From positions 418 to 64,417 of the forward strand of contig QCGX01000007.1 of NCBI GenBank assembly GCA_003278125.1: 64,000 nucleotides of DNA, in the 5' to 3' direction. Made by a program: the position numbers and the translations under genes. Numbering within the stretch: position 1 is the stretch's first letter; the number at the start of each line of letters is the position of its first letter. The notes under the pieces were generated by a model. It was not told the origin of the DNA. It ran no database searches and saw only the letters and a program-made list of their open reading frames with translations. Below, in pieces: positions 47,459 through 56,774 of the stretch. The DNA is from Pelagibacteraceae bacterium AG-390-C22. GTDB lineage: Bacteria; Pseudomonadota; Alphaproteobacteria; Pelagibacterales; Pelagibacteraceae.

Positions 47459-47930
47459 AATGTTCCGCGTTTTCTTTAATGCTTTTTATTTCTTCTTCTG
47501 TGACTTGTCTTATAATCTTGCCAGGGCTACCAATAACTAGGGATCTTTCTGGAATTACTTTATTTTCAGTTACGAGAGCATTTGCTCCTATAATAGAATT
47601 CTTTCCAATCTTAGCTTTATTTAAAATAGTGCTTCCTATGCCAATTAAACAATCATCTTCAATTACACATCCGTGAAGCATTACTAAATGACCAATTGTA
47701 ACATTCTTGCCAATAATAGCAGGGCAACCAGGATCGGTATGTATTACACTGCCATCTTGAACATTTGAACCTTCCCCAATGGTAATAGGTTCTACATCCC
47801 CTCTTAATGTTACATTAAACCAAATATTCGAATCCTTTTTTAATTCAACCTTGCCGATAAGCACAGCATTAGATGCAGCCCAACTATTTGGATCCATTTT
47901 TGGTGTGTGGCCTTCAAAATCGTAAATCAT
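47427..47930 (-). CDS. Gamma-carbonic-anhydrase-like hexapeptide-repeat protein (YrdA/PaaY family)
   Basis: LbetaH repeats with the His triad context (IWFNVTLRGD, GSVIHTD, IGHLVMLHGC). Confidence 0.85.
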   Translation of the reverse strand: MIYDFEGHTPKMDPNSWAASNAVLIGKVELKKDSNIWFNVTLRGDVEPITIGEGSNVQDGSVIHTDPGCPAIIGKNVTIGHLVMLHGCVIEDDCLIGIGSTILNKAKIGKNSIIGANALVTENKVIPERSLVIGSPGKIIRQVTEEEIKSIKENAEHYVENYKKYKK

Positions 47931-47971
47931 AAATTTGCTGTATAATTAATATATAACTCTTATAATATATT

Positions 47972-48529
47972 ATGGCTTTAACAAAAACACCAATTTGTGA
48001 CTTCGGTAAAAAAGCTGAAAACTTTAAGCTCAAATCTATAAATGGTAAATCAGTCTCTTTGGAGGATATTAAAGGAAAAAACGGAACCTTAATAATGTTT
48101 ATTTGCAATCATTGTCCTTACGTTAAAGCTATTATTAAAGATTTAGTTGAAGATTGTAAAAAATTGAAATTGGAAGGAATTAATTCTGTAGCTATTATGT
48201 CTAATGATACAAAGAACTACCCAGAGGACTCCTTTGACAAAATGATAGATTTTGCAAAAGATAATGAATTTGGCGACTTAAATTATCTAATTGATGAAAC
48301 TCAAGAAGTTGCAAAAAAATATGGAGCGGTATGTACTCCAGACTTTTTTGGATACAATAAGAATTTAGAACTTCAATACAGGGGTAGAATAAGAGAGCTA
48401 AAAAATTTAAAACCTGTAAGAAATGGAGATAGCGATTTGAAATTAGCTATGAGGATGATTGGAAAGACTCAAAAAGGTCCAATGGAACAAATTCCAAGTA
48501 TGGGATGTAATATTAAGTGGTTTAATTAA
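47972..48529 (+). CDS. Thioredoxin-fold (AhpC/TSA-like redoxin) protein
   Basis: FICNHCPYV CxxC-type centre within a redoxin-sized 185 aa protein. Confidence 0.7.
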   Translation: MALTKTPICDFGKKAENFKLKSINGKSVSLEDIKGKNGTLIMFICNHCPYVKAIIKDLVEDCKKLKLEGINSVAIMSNDTKNYPEDSFDKMIDFAKDNEFGDLNYLIDETQEVAKKYGAVCTPDFFGYNKNLELQYRGRIRELKNLKPVRNGDSDLKLAMRMIGKTQKGPMEQIPSMGCNIKWFN

Positions 48530-49620
48530 TGTTTTTAATTTCAACTAGAAACTTTCCTCCTGATGTTGGTGGGATTCAAAATTTAATGGAAGGCTTGTCT
48601 AATGCTCTTCTTAATCATGGTCCTGTAAAAGTTTTTGCTGATAATTTTGAAAATTCAGAAAGTTACGATCAAACTTCTAAATTAAATATACAAAGAATTT
48701 CAGGTTTTAAAATTTTTAAAAAATATAGAAAAGCTAACCTTGTTAAAGAATTTATAAATAATAATGATCTAAGAGCTGCCTTTTTTGACCACTGGAAAAG
48801 TATAGAAAATTTAGACTCAATTGTTTTAAAAAAAACAAAAACTTTTTGCTTGATACACTCTAAAGAGATTAATCACCCTCAAGGATCATCATTAAACAAG
48901 AGAATGGTTAAAGCATTAAATAAAGCAAATTTTATAATTGCAAATTCTAATTTTACAAAACAATTAATTATAAAATTAGGTTTTGAAAATAAGAATATTA
49001 AAGTTATAAATCCTGGCTGTAATTACCCGATTAAAGTAAATAAAGAAGGAAAAAAGTTTGCAGAAACAATTTATGGTGATGCTTTCCCAAAATTAATAAC
49101 CATTTCTAGATTAGATGCACGAAAAAGTCACCAAAATATTTTAATGACTATTAAAAATCTTCTACCTAAATTTCCAAAATTAAAATATGTTTCAATTGGA
49201 ACTGGTGATGAGAAAGGAAATTTAGAAAAACTAAAAAAAGAACTGGGTTTAAATGAAGAAGTAACTTTTATCTATAAGTCTAGTGAGCAAGAAAAAATAG
49301 GTTTACTAGAAAAATCAGATATTCTTGTAATGCCTTCTGTAATTTATAAAAAATCAGTAGAAGGATTTGGAATTACTTTTATCGAAGCTGCATCCTATGG
49401 AAAGCCTTCCATAGGTGGAATATTTGGTGGGGAAGCTGATGCAATACTGGATGGAGAAACTGGTTATCTTTGTGATGGAAATGATTTAAATGCTCTTTAT
49501 GAAACATTATTAAAGACTTTAAATAATGATCAATATAAAAAATTAGGTGCTAATGCTTTAGAATTTTCAAAAAAATTTAATTGGGATAAAATTGTTAAAA
49601 AATATATAGAATTAATTTAA
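48529..49620 (+). CDS. Glycosyltransferase family 4 (GT-B, RfaG/WbuB-like)
   Basis: C-terminal EGFGITFIEAASYGKPSIG...E..DGETG (EX7E-type motif). Confidence 0.8.
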   Translation: MFLISTRNFPPDVGGIQNLMEGLSNALLNHGPVKVFADNFENSESYDQTSKLNIQRISGFKIFKKYRKANLVKEFINNNDLRAAFFDHWKSIENLDSIVLKKTKTFCLIHSKEINHPQGSSLNKRMVKALNKANFIIANSNFTKQLIIKLGFENKNIKVINPGCNYPIKVNKEGKKFAETIYGDAFPKLITISRLDARKSHQNILMTIKNLLPKFPKLKYVSIGTGDEKGNLEKLKKELGLNEEVTFIYKSSEQEKIGLLEKSDILVMPSVIYKKSVEGFGITFIEAASYGKPSIGGIFGGEADAILDGETGYLCDGNDLNALYETLLKTLNNDQYKKLGANALEFSKKFNWDKIVKKYIELI

Positions 49621-50544
49621 CTTCTTTTTCACTTCTTTCATTACCGTATCAGCATTTAAATCAACTAAATTTTTTACAGTTATTGCTTTAAAATTTGAAC
49701 TTTCAATACTTACTTTTTTTGCAGAAGTATGGCTTCCAAAAAGAACTAAGCCTTTTTTTTTAAGATGTGAGGCTATGTGTGCTGGACCTGTATCATTGGC
49801 GATAATAAATTTTGCATCATTTATTAATGAGATTAACATTTTTATACTGATAGACTCTCCGTTATCCATGACTACTTTTGCATTTAATTCATTAGCTTCT
49901 TCAAACTCATCCGGACCTGGAGCAACTAAAATTGAATAATTATTTTTATATTCCCTTCTTATTTTTGAAATTAAGTCTTTAAAAAAAGGCCATTTTTTAT
50001 TTTGATGTTTTTTTGAACAAAATGGAAAAATTAAGATATAGTCTCTGTTCGTATACTGATCAGTCAATTTTGATAGATCTTGATTGGCCCATTCTAAATC
50101 AATATTTTTTACGTATTTAGTGGGTATATTGCTTTTATTTAATTGTAATTCCATTCTATCTAGTACTGGATAATTGTCGAAATCTTTCTTGCTTTGTCCT
50201 GGTTCTAAAGTGTCTATAGATGAAGACCATTCTGCTTTACTTAAAATAAAATTTTTATAAAATTTTGTTCGTCTAGAATTTTGTAAATCAAAAACTTTGC
50301 TAAAATTATATTTAGACAATAGTTTTTTTAATTTATATAAAAAAAATAAATTCCAGCGTGGCAATCTTTTATCAGTAATTACTCCATCAATATAAGGACA
50401 TTCTGACATAAATATTGAATAAGGCGCTGATGTTAACAAGAATACTTTTCTATTCATGTAAAATTCTTTAATATCTTTAATAGCCCCATTAGCTTGTATT
50501 AAATCTCCAAGAGAACCATGTTTAATTATTAATATATTTGACAT
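49612..50544 (-). CDS. Glycosyltransferase family 9 (heptosyltransferase-like)
   Basis: ILIIKHGSLGDLIQ at the N-terminus and NDTGPAHIAS...LFG near the C-terminus. Paralogous in architecture to 3865..4818. Confidence 0.8.
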   Translation of the reverse strand: MSNILIIKHGSLGDLIQANGAIKDIKEFYMNRKVFLLTSAPYSIFMSECPYIDGVITDKRLPRWNLFFLYKLKKLLSKYNFSKVFDLQNSRRTKFYKNFILSKAEWSSSIDTLEPGQSKKDFDNYPVLDRMELQLNKSNIPTKYVKNIDLEWANQDLSKLTDQYTNRDYILIFPFCSKKHQNKKWPFFKDLISKIRREYKNNYSILVAPGPDEFEEANELNAKVVMDNGESISIKMLISLINDAKFIIANDTGPAHIASHLKKKGLVLFGSHTSAKKVSIESSNFKAITVKNLVDLNADTVMKEVKKKLN

Positions 50545-50594
50545 TATTTAATCTGCGTATATTTATTATCCTAGTATAGTCAAAAAACATTAAT

Positions 50595-50990
50595 ATGAAT
50601 ACTAAATTAGACAAAATATTGGCAGAAATTTCAGCGGGAGAATTAATAGACAAGATAACTATCTTGGAAATAAAAAAAGTAAAGATTATAAATAATGATA
50701 AATTAATAGAAATTGAAAAAGAATTATTTTCTTTAAATGAGACGATGAAAAAATTTATTCCCGATCATGCTAAAATTTCAAAATTTAAAGATAATCTCAA
50801 ACAGATTAATTTAAAACTTTGGGATATTGAAGATGCCAAAAGATCTGCTGAAAAAAACAATGAATTTGGAAAAGAATTTATCGAACTAGCTAGAAACGTT
50901 TATAAATTTAATGATGAAAGAGCTAAAATTAAATTAGCCATCAATAACGCTCTTGGGTCTAATATTAAAGAAGTTAAATCTTACGAATAA
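50595..50990 (+). CDS. Small hypothetical cytoplasmic protein
   Basis: 131 aa, helical and charged, with no recognisable motif. Sits between envelope GT genes. Confidence 0.45.
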   Translation: MNTKLDKILAEISAGELIDKITILEIKKVKIINNDKLIEIEKELFSLNETMKKFIPDHAKISKFKDNLKQINLKLWDIEDAKRSAEKNNEFGKEFIELARNVYKFNDERAKIKLAINNALGSNIKEVKSYE

Positions 50991-51788
50991 CTAATCTTCT
51001 TTTAAGCTTGGAATAATAGATCTTAATTTTTTAGGTAAACTTGGGTCAATTGATACTGTAATAACACCTTCCTTTTTATTTAATGATTTTAAAATTTTTC
51101 CATCTGGAGAGACAATTAATGAATTTCCATATGTTTTCCTTCCATTATAATGTTTTCCAGCCTGAGCTGGCGCAAAGATATAGCTAAAGTTTTCTATAGC
51201 TCTAGCTTTAAGCAAACTATGCCAATGTCTTTTGCCAGTTGTTTCAGTAAATGCTGAAGGAACTGATAAAAATATTGATCCTTGTTTTGATAATCTTCGA
51301 TATAAATTTGGAAATCTTAAATCATAACAAATAGTTAAACCTATTTTACCCCAAGGCAGTTTGAAAGATTTTATTTTTTTGCCAGCTGAATAAGTTTTAG
51401 ATTCAAAATATCTTTCTTTTTTACTTAAGATAACATCATACATGTGAATCTTATCATAGTAGCATCTGATTTTTCCATTCTTATCAATCAAAACAGATCT
51501 GTTTACTAGCTTATTTTTTGAAACTTTTATTGTTAAAGAACCAACTAAGATCCATTTTTTATATTTTTTTGCTAATTTTTTTATTCCTTTTAGATAAATA
51601 TCCTTATTCATTGAGGTGCAAATTTTCAATAATTTTTTTTTATTTAATAAAAATAAAGAAGAAATTTCAGGAGTTAAAATAAAATCTGTTTTGTGCTTTA
51701 CAGCTTTCAAAATTAATCGCTTTGTACATTTTAAATTATATTCAATATTATTATTTGAACGTAGTTGGATACATGAAACTTTAAACAT
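50991..51788 (-). CDS. Carbon-nitrogen hydrolase (nitrilase superfamily; Nit/omega-amidase-like)
   Basis: Glu (TPE), Lys (YDKIHMYD) and Cys (TICYDLRFP) catalytic-triad contexts. Confidence 0.85.
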   Translation of the reverse strand: MFKVSCIQLRSNNNIEYNLKCTKRLILKAVKHKTDFILTPEISSLFLLNKKKLLKICTSMNKDIYLKGIKKLAKKYKKWILVGSLTIKVSKNKLVNRSVLIDKNGKIRCYYDKIHMYDVILSKKERYFESKTYSAGKKIKSFKLPWGKIGLTICYDLRFPNLYRRLSKQGSIFLSVPSAFTETTGKRHWHSLLKARAIENFSYIFAPAQAGKHYNGRKTYGNSLIVSPDGKILKSLNKKEGVITVSIDPSLPKKLRSIIPSLKED

Positions 51789-51852
51789 ATTAATATAATT
51801 TAACTATTTGTTGTAATATGCAAGATTTAATTGTATTAAATTATTATTCATT

Positions 51853-52728
51853 ATGAACGGCAATAAATCCATAACTTTGGTCTTTGGCGCATATTTTAGT
51901 CATAAGCATATATATAGAATTTGTAAAAATATTAACAAAAAATTTAAGATAATTGTTGTAGAAAATTCTTTAGATAAAAAATTCAAAAAAGATTTAGAAA
52001 AAAAATATAAAAATACAAAAGTAATAATTCCAAAAGAAAATGTTGGACTTGCTAAAAGTTTTAACATTGGAATTAAAAATTCAAAAACTAAGTATGTTTA
52101 TCTAAATTGTCCAGATATGGCTATTTCCAACAAATCTTTAAATGAACTTATTGATTGCGCAGAAAAACTAAAAAATTTTTGTATTTTGGCTCCAAATTAT
52201 AAAGATACCTCTAATTTCAATAATTATGTTGGAAATGACTATGTTTTAAAGAAAACACCATCAAAAATTTTAAAATATCGCCTAAAGAAAGTAGATTTCA
52301 TAGATAATAGTTTTTTTATGTTAACAAAAAATGCAAAAAAATACTTATTTGATGAAAAATACTTTCTATATTCGGAAACAATGGATTTTTGTTTTAAATT
52401 AAAAAAATTTAATGAAAAAAATTATGTTTCAGATAAAATAAGATTTAAACACTACGTATCTGATTCAGTTGATAATAAATATTCTTTATTATCAAAATTA
52501 ACTAGAGCCTGGCATTATAATTGGTCAAAATTTTATTATTACAAAAAAAATTATAATTATTTCTTTGCTTTAAAAAAGATTATTCCAAATATTATTAAAT
52601 CAATTAAGAAAATAATCTTTGGTTTAATTACATTTAATAAAGAAAATACAATGTTTGGATTAGTTGAACTTTATGGAATTATTTGCTCTATTTTAACTTT
52701 AAAATCTTTTTATAGACCAAAAATGTAA
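51853..52728 (+). CDS. Glycosyltransferase family 2 with a C-terminal membrane-associated tail
   Basis: IVVENS..., NVGLAKSFNIGI, NCPDM (DxD-like). Paralogue of 62549..63412, sharing the WH(Y/W)NWSKFY block. Confidence 0.75.
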   Translation: MNGNKSITLVFGAYFSHKHIYRICKNINKKFKIIVVENSLDKKFKKDLEKKYKNTKVIIPKENVGLAKSFNIGIKNSKTKYVYLNCPDMAISNKSLNELIDCAEKLKNFCILAPNYKDTSNFNNYVGNDYVLKKTPSKILKYRLKKVDFIDNSFFMLTKNAKKYLFDEKYFLYSETMDFCFKLKKFNEKNYVSDKIRFKHYVSDSVDNKYSLLSKLTRAWHYNWSKFYYYKKNYNYFFALKKIIPNIIKSIKKIIFGLITFNKENTMFGLVELYGIICSILTLKSFYRPKM

Positions 52729-52739
52729 AAATTCTGGGA

Positions 52740-53417
52740 TTAATTTGTACGCATTTTTTTTTCACTAAATTTAATGAAATTATGTATTAAAAAGGTCAAA
52801 AATAGATAAATTCCTCCAGCAACAATAAAAACTTCTACAGGTTTAAAAGTAGTGGAAATTATATATTTTGCTACTCCTGTTAAATCCATTAAGGTAACCG
52901 TGCTTGCTAACGAAGTGCCTTTTAACATTAGAATTATTTCATTTCCATAAGCGGGCAAGGACTGTCTGATAGCTATAGGTACCTGAATTTTATAAAATAT
53001 TATCTTACTTGAAATCCCTAGGCTTTTTCCAGCTTCTATATAGCCAGGCTTAATTGTTTGAAAAGCTGATCTTAAAATTTCAGAGGTATAGGCTCCAGTA
53101 TTAAGAGAAAATGCTATGATAGCACACCAATACGGCTCCTTTAAAATAACCCATAAAAAAGTTGTTCTTAAATATTCAATTTGTCCTAATCCAAAATAAA
53201 TAATAAATATTTGAACCAAAAGTGGTGTTCCTCTAAATACATAAGAAAAACCATAAGAAAAATTACTAACAAACTTATTTTTACTTAATCTCATGATAGC
53301 AAAAATTAAACCAATGATTAGACCAAAAACTAGCGATAAGGATAAAAGTTTTAAAGTTGTCAAAGTAGCACTTAATAACTTTGGTAAACTATCAATCATT
53401 AAATTTAGATCCATCAA
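52740..53417 (-). CDS. Polar amino-acid ABC transporter permease (HisM-like)
   Basis: His/Glu/Gln/Arg/opine permease family. EAA loop IEAGKSLGISSKIIFYKIQVP. Confidence 0.88.
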   Translation of the reverse strand: MMDLNLMIDSLPKLLSATLTTLKLLSLSLVFGLIIGLIFAIMRLSKNKFVSNFSYGFSYVFRGTPLLVQIFIIYFGLGQIEYLRTTFLWVILKEPYWCAIIAFSLNTGAYTSEILRSAFQTIKPGYIEAGKSLGISSKIIFYKIQVPIAIRQSLPAYGNEIILMLKGTSLASTVTLMDLTGVAKYIISTTFKPVEVFIVAGGIYLFLTFLIHNFIKFSEKKMRTN

Positions 53418-54106
53418 AAACCTCTACTGTAATTTTTTTCTAATTTATTAAGTATTTTCATACTCAGAAAAGTTAAAATTAAATATAAAAGCGCAGCAAA
53501 AGAATAAAAAAATAAAGGATCTCTTGTAGATCCTGCTGCAATATAAGATTGTCTCATTATTTCAACTAGTCCAGTAACTGAAATAAGAGAGGTGTCTTTC
53601 AACGTAATCTGCCAAACATTACTTAAGTTTGGTATCGCTAATCTCAACATTTGAGGAATTATAACTTTAAAAAAATAAATATATTTTTTAAATCCTAAAG
53701 CTTTACTGGCTTCGAATTGACCTTGATCTATTGATTGAATCGCTCCTCTAAAGACCTCCGTGGAATAAGCTCCAGAAATTATTCCAATTGCAAATGAACC
53801 AGTAATAAAAGCATTAATTTCTATATATTCATTGTACCCAAATATGCTAGCAACAAACATAACGGCACCGCTACCTCCAAAAAAAAACAAATAGATTACT
53901 AATAATTCAGGAACGCCTCTAATAACTGTAGTGTATGAATTTGCAATAAAGTTAAATAATTTATTATTTGATAATTTTAAGGGAGTAAAAATTATTGAAA
54001 ATAATATTCCTATAAACATAGCTGTTATTGAAACAGCTATTGTCATTAAAAATGCTGTAAATAATTCGTCACCCCAACCTTTTGAACCAAAATAAAGAAG
54101 TTCCAT
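53414..54106 (-). CDS. Polar amino-acid ABC transporter permease (HisQ-like)
   Basis: EAA loop FEASKALGFKKYIYFFKVIIP. ATGA overlap with the downstream permease. Confidence 0.88.
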   Translation of the reverse strand: MELLYFGSKGWGDELFTAFLMTIAVSITAMFIGILFSIIFTPLKLSNNKLFNFIANSYTTVIRGVPELLVIYLFFFGGSGAVMFVASIFGYNEYIEINAFITGSFAIGIISGAYSTEVFRGAIQSIDQGQFEASKALGFKKYIYFFKVIIPQMLRLAIPNLSNVWQITLKDTSLISVTGLVEIMRQSYIAAGSTRDPLFFYSFAALLYLILTFLSMKILNKLEKNYSRGF

Positions 54107-54114
54107 AAAGAAAA

Positions 54115-54135
54115 GGCGGTTATTTTATAACCGCC
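54115..54135 (-). terminator. Intra-operon Rho-independent terminator/attenuator downstream of the binding-protein gene
   Basis: GGCGGTTAT / ATAACCGCC 9 bp stem with a 3 nt loop. On the minus strand it is followed by TTTTCTTT. It lies between the SBP stop (54151) and the permease start (54106). Confidence 0.6.
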
Positions 54136-54150
54136 ATTTCAAAACATTAA

Positions 54151-55005
54151 CTACATAGAGGCGTCAAAGCCAAAATGTTTGATAGCTAGTTCGCTAATTA
54201 TTCCATTTTTTCTAGCGGTATTAATAGCTCTATTAAAATCTTTTAATAGTTTTGCGTCTCTTTTGCCAACAGTGCTAGAGTTGTCACCTTTTCTTATTCC
54301 AATTCCAACCCCATTACCAAAAGCACCTCCAGAAAAAGTAGGTCCAACAAGAACTACAGGCTTTTTAGATTTAGCTGCATAGTCTGTAAAAGCAACTGCT
54401 GCGGCTAGTGCAGCATCAATTCTTCCTGCTGCTAAGTCTAAATTTACCTCATCCTGAGTTTTATATTTTCTTACAGTCACATTTCCAACATCGCCTGACT
54501 CTAAAAAGTTTTGGTGAATTGTTCCTGTTTGAACCCCAATAGTTTTGCCAGCTAAAGCTTTGGTCAGTTGATCTAAAGTTTTTTTAGCTGAGTTCTTGTT
54601 AGATAAACTAAGAGATTCTACTGTTTGTAAATTTTCAAGACTTGAACCTTTCATTACAGCTAGAGATGCTACTTCGTCAGCATATCCTTGTGAAAAATTA
54701 ATTGTTTTTAATCTTTCTTCAGTAATAGACATTCCAGCCATGATTAAATCGAATTTTCTCATTAATAATGCTGGTATCATTCCATCCCAGTCCTGCTCCA
54801 CTATAGTACATTCATGCTTTAAAATAGCACAAAGTTCTTTCGCTAAATCTACTTCAAATCCAATTAAGTTTCCTGAAGAATCTTTGGCGTTCCATGGTGG
54901 GTAAGCTCCCTCTGTACCAATCCTAACTTTGTCAGAATACGCATTTCCAACTAATAGAAAAGATATAGTAACAAAAGAGATAAATAGTTTTTGTAATTTA
55001 CTCAT
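54151..55005 (-). CDS. Periplasmic polar amino-acid/opine binding protein (SBP family 3, LAO/HisJ/OccT-like)
   Basis: Signal peptide, then RIGTEGAYPPWN, GFEVDL, DGMIPAL and DLIMAGMSIT. Confidence 0.9.
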   Translation of the reverse strand: MSKLQKLFISFVTISFLLVGNAYSDKVRIGTEGAYPPWNAKDSSGNLIGFEVDLAKELCAILKHECTIVEQDWDGMIPALLMRKFDLIMAGMSITEERLKTINFSQGYADEVASLAVMKGSSLENLQTVESLSLSNKNSAKKTLDQLTKALAGKTIGVQTGTIHQNFLESGDVGNVTVRKYKTQDEVNLDLAAGRIDAALAAAVAFTDYAAKSKKPVVLVGPTFSGGAFGNGVGIGIRKGDNSSTVGKRDAKLLKDFNRAINTARKNGIISELAIKHFGFDASM

Positions 55006-55082
55006 ATGTCCCCCTTTTTTTTTACTATTGTAAATAAAAAGAAAAGATTTACTAGAGATTAATTAATCAATTAGATCTGAGG

Positions 55083-56123
55083 TTATTTCATGATCGAAGA
55101 GGCAAAATTCCAATTACAGTCAAAACTTGGTATATAAGCACCTGAAACTTTTACGTTGCCAAAACTTTTATCTAGCACTTTACACCAATTTTCTACCTGC
55201 TTTGGTTTCTTGTCTTTGCTACCTACCTGAGCGGTAATAATCCCACCTTTTTTTAGTATTCTCTTAAGACCCTTCATATTCTTTTTGGCTAGATCAATAC
55301 AATACTGATCATCATTTAAATCTACAAAAATTTTATCATATTTAGAGTCTTCTATTGATTTAATGCTCTCAAAAGCATCTCCCCAGAAAGTTTTGACTTT
55401 ATTACTTTTCTTAACTTTAGAGCAAACTTTTGGAAGGTGTTTAAAACAAGTTTCTACAATTTCTGGGTCTAGTTCATACCAGTCTATATAATTGGCATTA
55501 TTTTCTAGACATTCTCTAGCGACTCCACCATCACCTCCTCCTATAATAGCAACATTCGAATTCTTTTTACTTAAATCATAACTAGATTTAAAAAAGTTAG
55601 AACTATAAATTTTCTCATCTTTTTCAGCCACTTGAATTTCATGGTCAATAAATAGAGCATTTCCAAACTCTTCCAGCTTCATGATCTCAACGAACTGACC
55701 TACTTTTGATGTAAAAGTTTCAAGTACATCATTCACAACGTAAAATTTTTTCTGACCCGGGGTGCTATAAATATCATCATACAGACCCACGCTGCTTCTA
55801 TCGAAACTATTAGTTACAACTCTTTCATGTTGAATTTCTTTTTTTAATATTTTTAAAGCAATCTTAGGATGAACTTTGCCACAAGTAAAAAAGTCAAAAC
55901 TAATAACCTCTCTTTCAGGAAAAGTATGAAAACTAAAATGACTTTCTGCTAGTAAAGCAACTAAAGTAAAACCCTGGGGTTCAAATTTATGAGTGCTAAC
56001 ATTGAGTATTTCAACTTTTGCTGCTTTAGCAATTTTATAGATTACTTTTTCATAGAAAGAAGTAGAATAGTCTTTCTTTACACCTAGAAAATCTATTGTG
56101 ATATGCTCACCTACTTTTATCAT
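55083..56123 (-). CDS. Fusion protein: pyruvoyl S-adenosylmethionine decarboxylase (N-terminal ~110 aa) + aminopropyltransferase/spermidine synthase
   Basis: N-terminus: GEHITIDF, the LLAE|SHFSFHTFPE self-processing site (E60-S61), and FDFFTCG. C-terminus: LFIDHEIQVAEKDEKIY and IIGGGDGGVARE (SAM/dcSAM site). Confidence 0.8.
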   Translation of the reverse strand: MIKVGEHITIDFLGVKKDYSTSFYEKVIYKIAKAAKVEILNVSTHKFEPQGFTLVALLAESHFSFHTFPEREVISFDFFTCGKVHPKIALKILKKEIQHERVVTNSFDRSSVGLYDDIYSTPGQKKFYVVNDVLETFTSKVGQFVEIMKLEEFGNALFIDHEIQVAEKDEKIYSSNFFKSSYDLSKKNSNVAIIGGGDGGVARECLENNANYIDWYELDPEIVETCFKHLPKVCSKVKKSNKVKTFWGDAFESIKSIEDSKYDKIFVDLNDDQYCIDLAKKNMKGLKRILKKGGIITAQVGSKDKKPKQVENWCKVLDKSFGNVKVSGAYIPSFDCNWNFASSIMK

Positions 56124-56129
56124 TAAAAA

Positions 56130-56774
56130 TTACCCTCTTTTATAATTTTTAAACTTACCTAAAACAATTTTCATTTCTTTTTTTGAAAGAATTTTAGGTA
56201 TTCCGATTCTTAGGGCATTTATATATTGATGGCAAATATTTTCTATTTCTTGAGCAAGCTCAAAAGCTTTCACAATATCATCTCCAAAAGCAACTTGACC
56301 GTGATTAGCAATTAAACATGCAGACCTACCTTTAAGAGCTTTAATAATATTTCTTGATAAATTTTTGGTTCCAAACGTAGCGTATTTACTGCATTTTATG
56401 TCTTCTCCGCCAGCAACTGCAACCATATAGTGAAAGGCTGGAATATTTTTTTGATGAGTTGAGATGGCAGTTGCACACGTTGAATGCGCATGAACTATGG
56501 CTTTAGCCTCTTTTTTATTCACATAAATATCTTGATGAAATCTCCATTCAGAGGAAGGTTTTCCTTTTTTTTTATCAAAAACGCCCTTTAAAGAAACAAA
56601 CACAATATCTTTGGTTTTTAAAGATGAATACTTTCTACCTGATGGAGTTATATAGAAACCATCTACGCCCTTTTCTTTAGCTCTTGCTGATATATTTCCT
56701 GATCTTAAGGCAGATAAATTGGTAATGTTTAATTTTTTTGAAAACTTTATAACTTCAGCTTTTAACTTGCTCAC
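56130..56774 (-). CDS. Class II aldolase/adducin-family protein, FucA-like (candidate 5-methylthioribulose-1-phosphate aldolase or dehydratase)
   Basis: GTG start overlapping the upstream TAG by 1 nt. PSSEWRFHQDIY, VHAHS, IPAFHYMVAVAGG, YATFGT and LGKFKNY align block-for-block with E. coli FucA as I remember it. Confidence 0.8.
   Translation of the reverse strand: MSKLKAEVIKFSKKLNITNLSALRSGNISARAKEKGVDGFYITPSGRKYSSLKTKDIVFVSLKGVFDKKKGKPSSEWRFHQDIYVNKKEAKAIVHAHSTCATAISTHQKNIPAFHYMVAVAGGEDIKCSKYATFGTKNLSRNIIKALKGRSACLIANHGQVAFGDDIVKAFELAQEIENICHQYINALRIGIPKILSKKEMKIVLGKFKNYKRG

Noticed and set aside
48529-52728. Treating the GT4-GT9-small ORF-nitrilase-GT2 block as a horizontally acquired genomic island.
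   Set aside because: No flanking direct repeats, tRNA or integrase are present. The low G+C is shared by all membrane and glycan genes in the window. Island status cannot be supported from the sequence alone, so it is reported only as a dispersed-islet pattern.
56130-56774. Calling this gene mtnB (methylthioribulose-1-phosphate dehydratase) on synteny alone.
   Set aside because: Sequence blocks match FucA-type aldolases better than the MtnB I recall, and mtnC/mtnD are absent nearby. I kept the call at family level and raised the Ald2/DHAP-shunt alternative as a finding.
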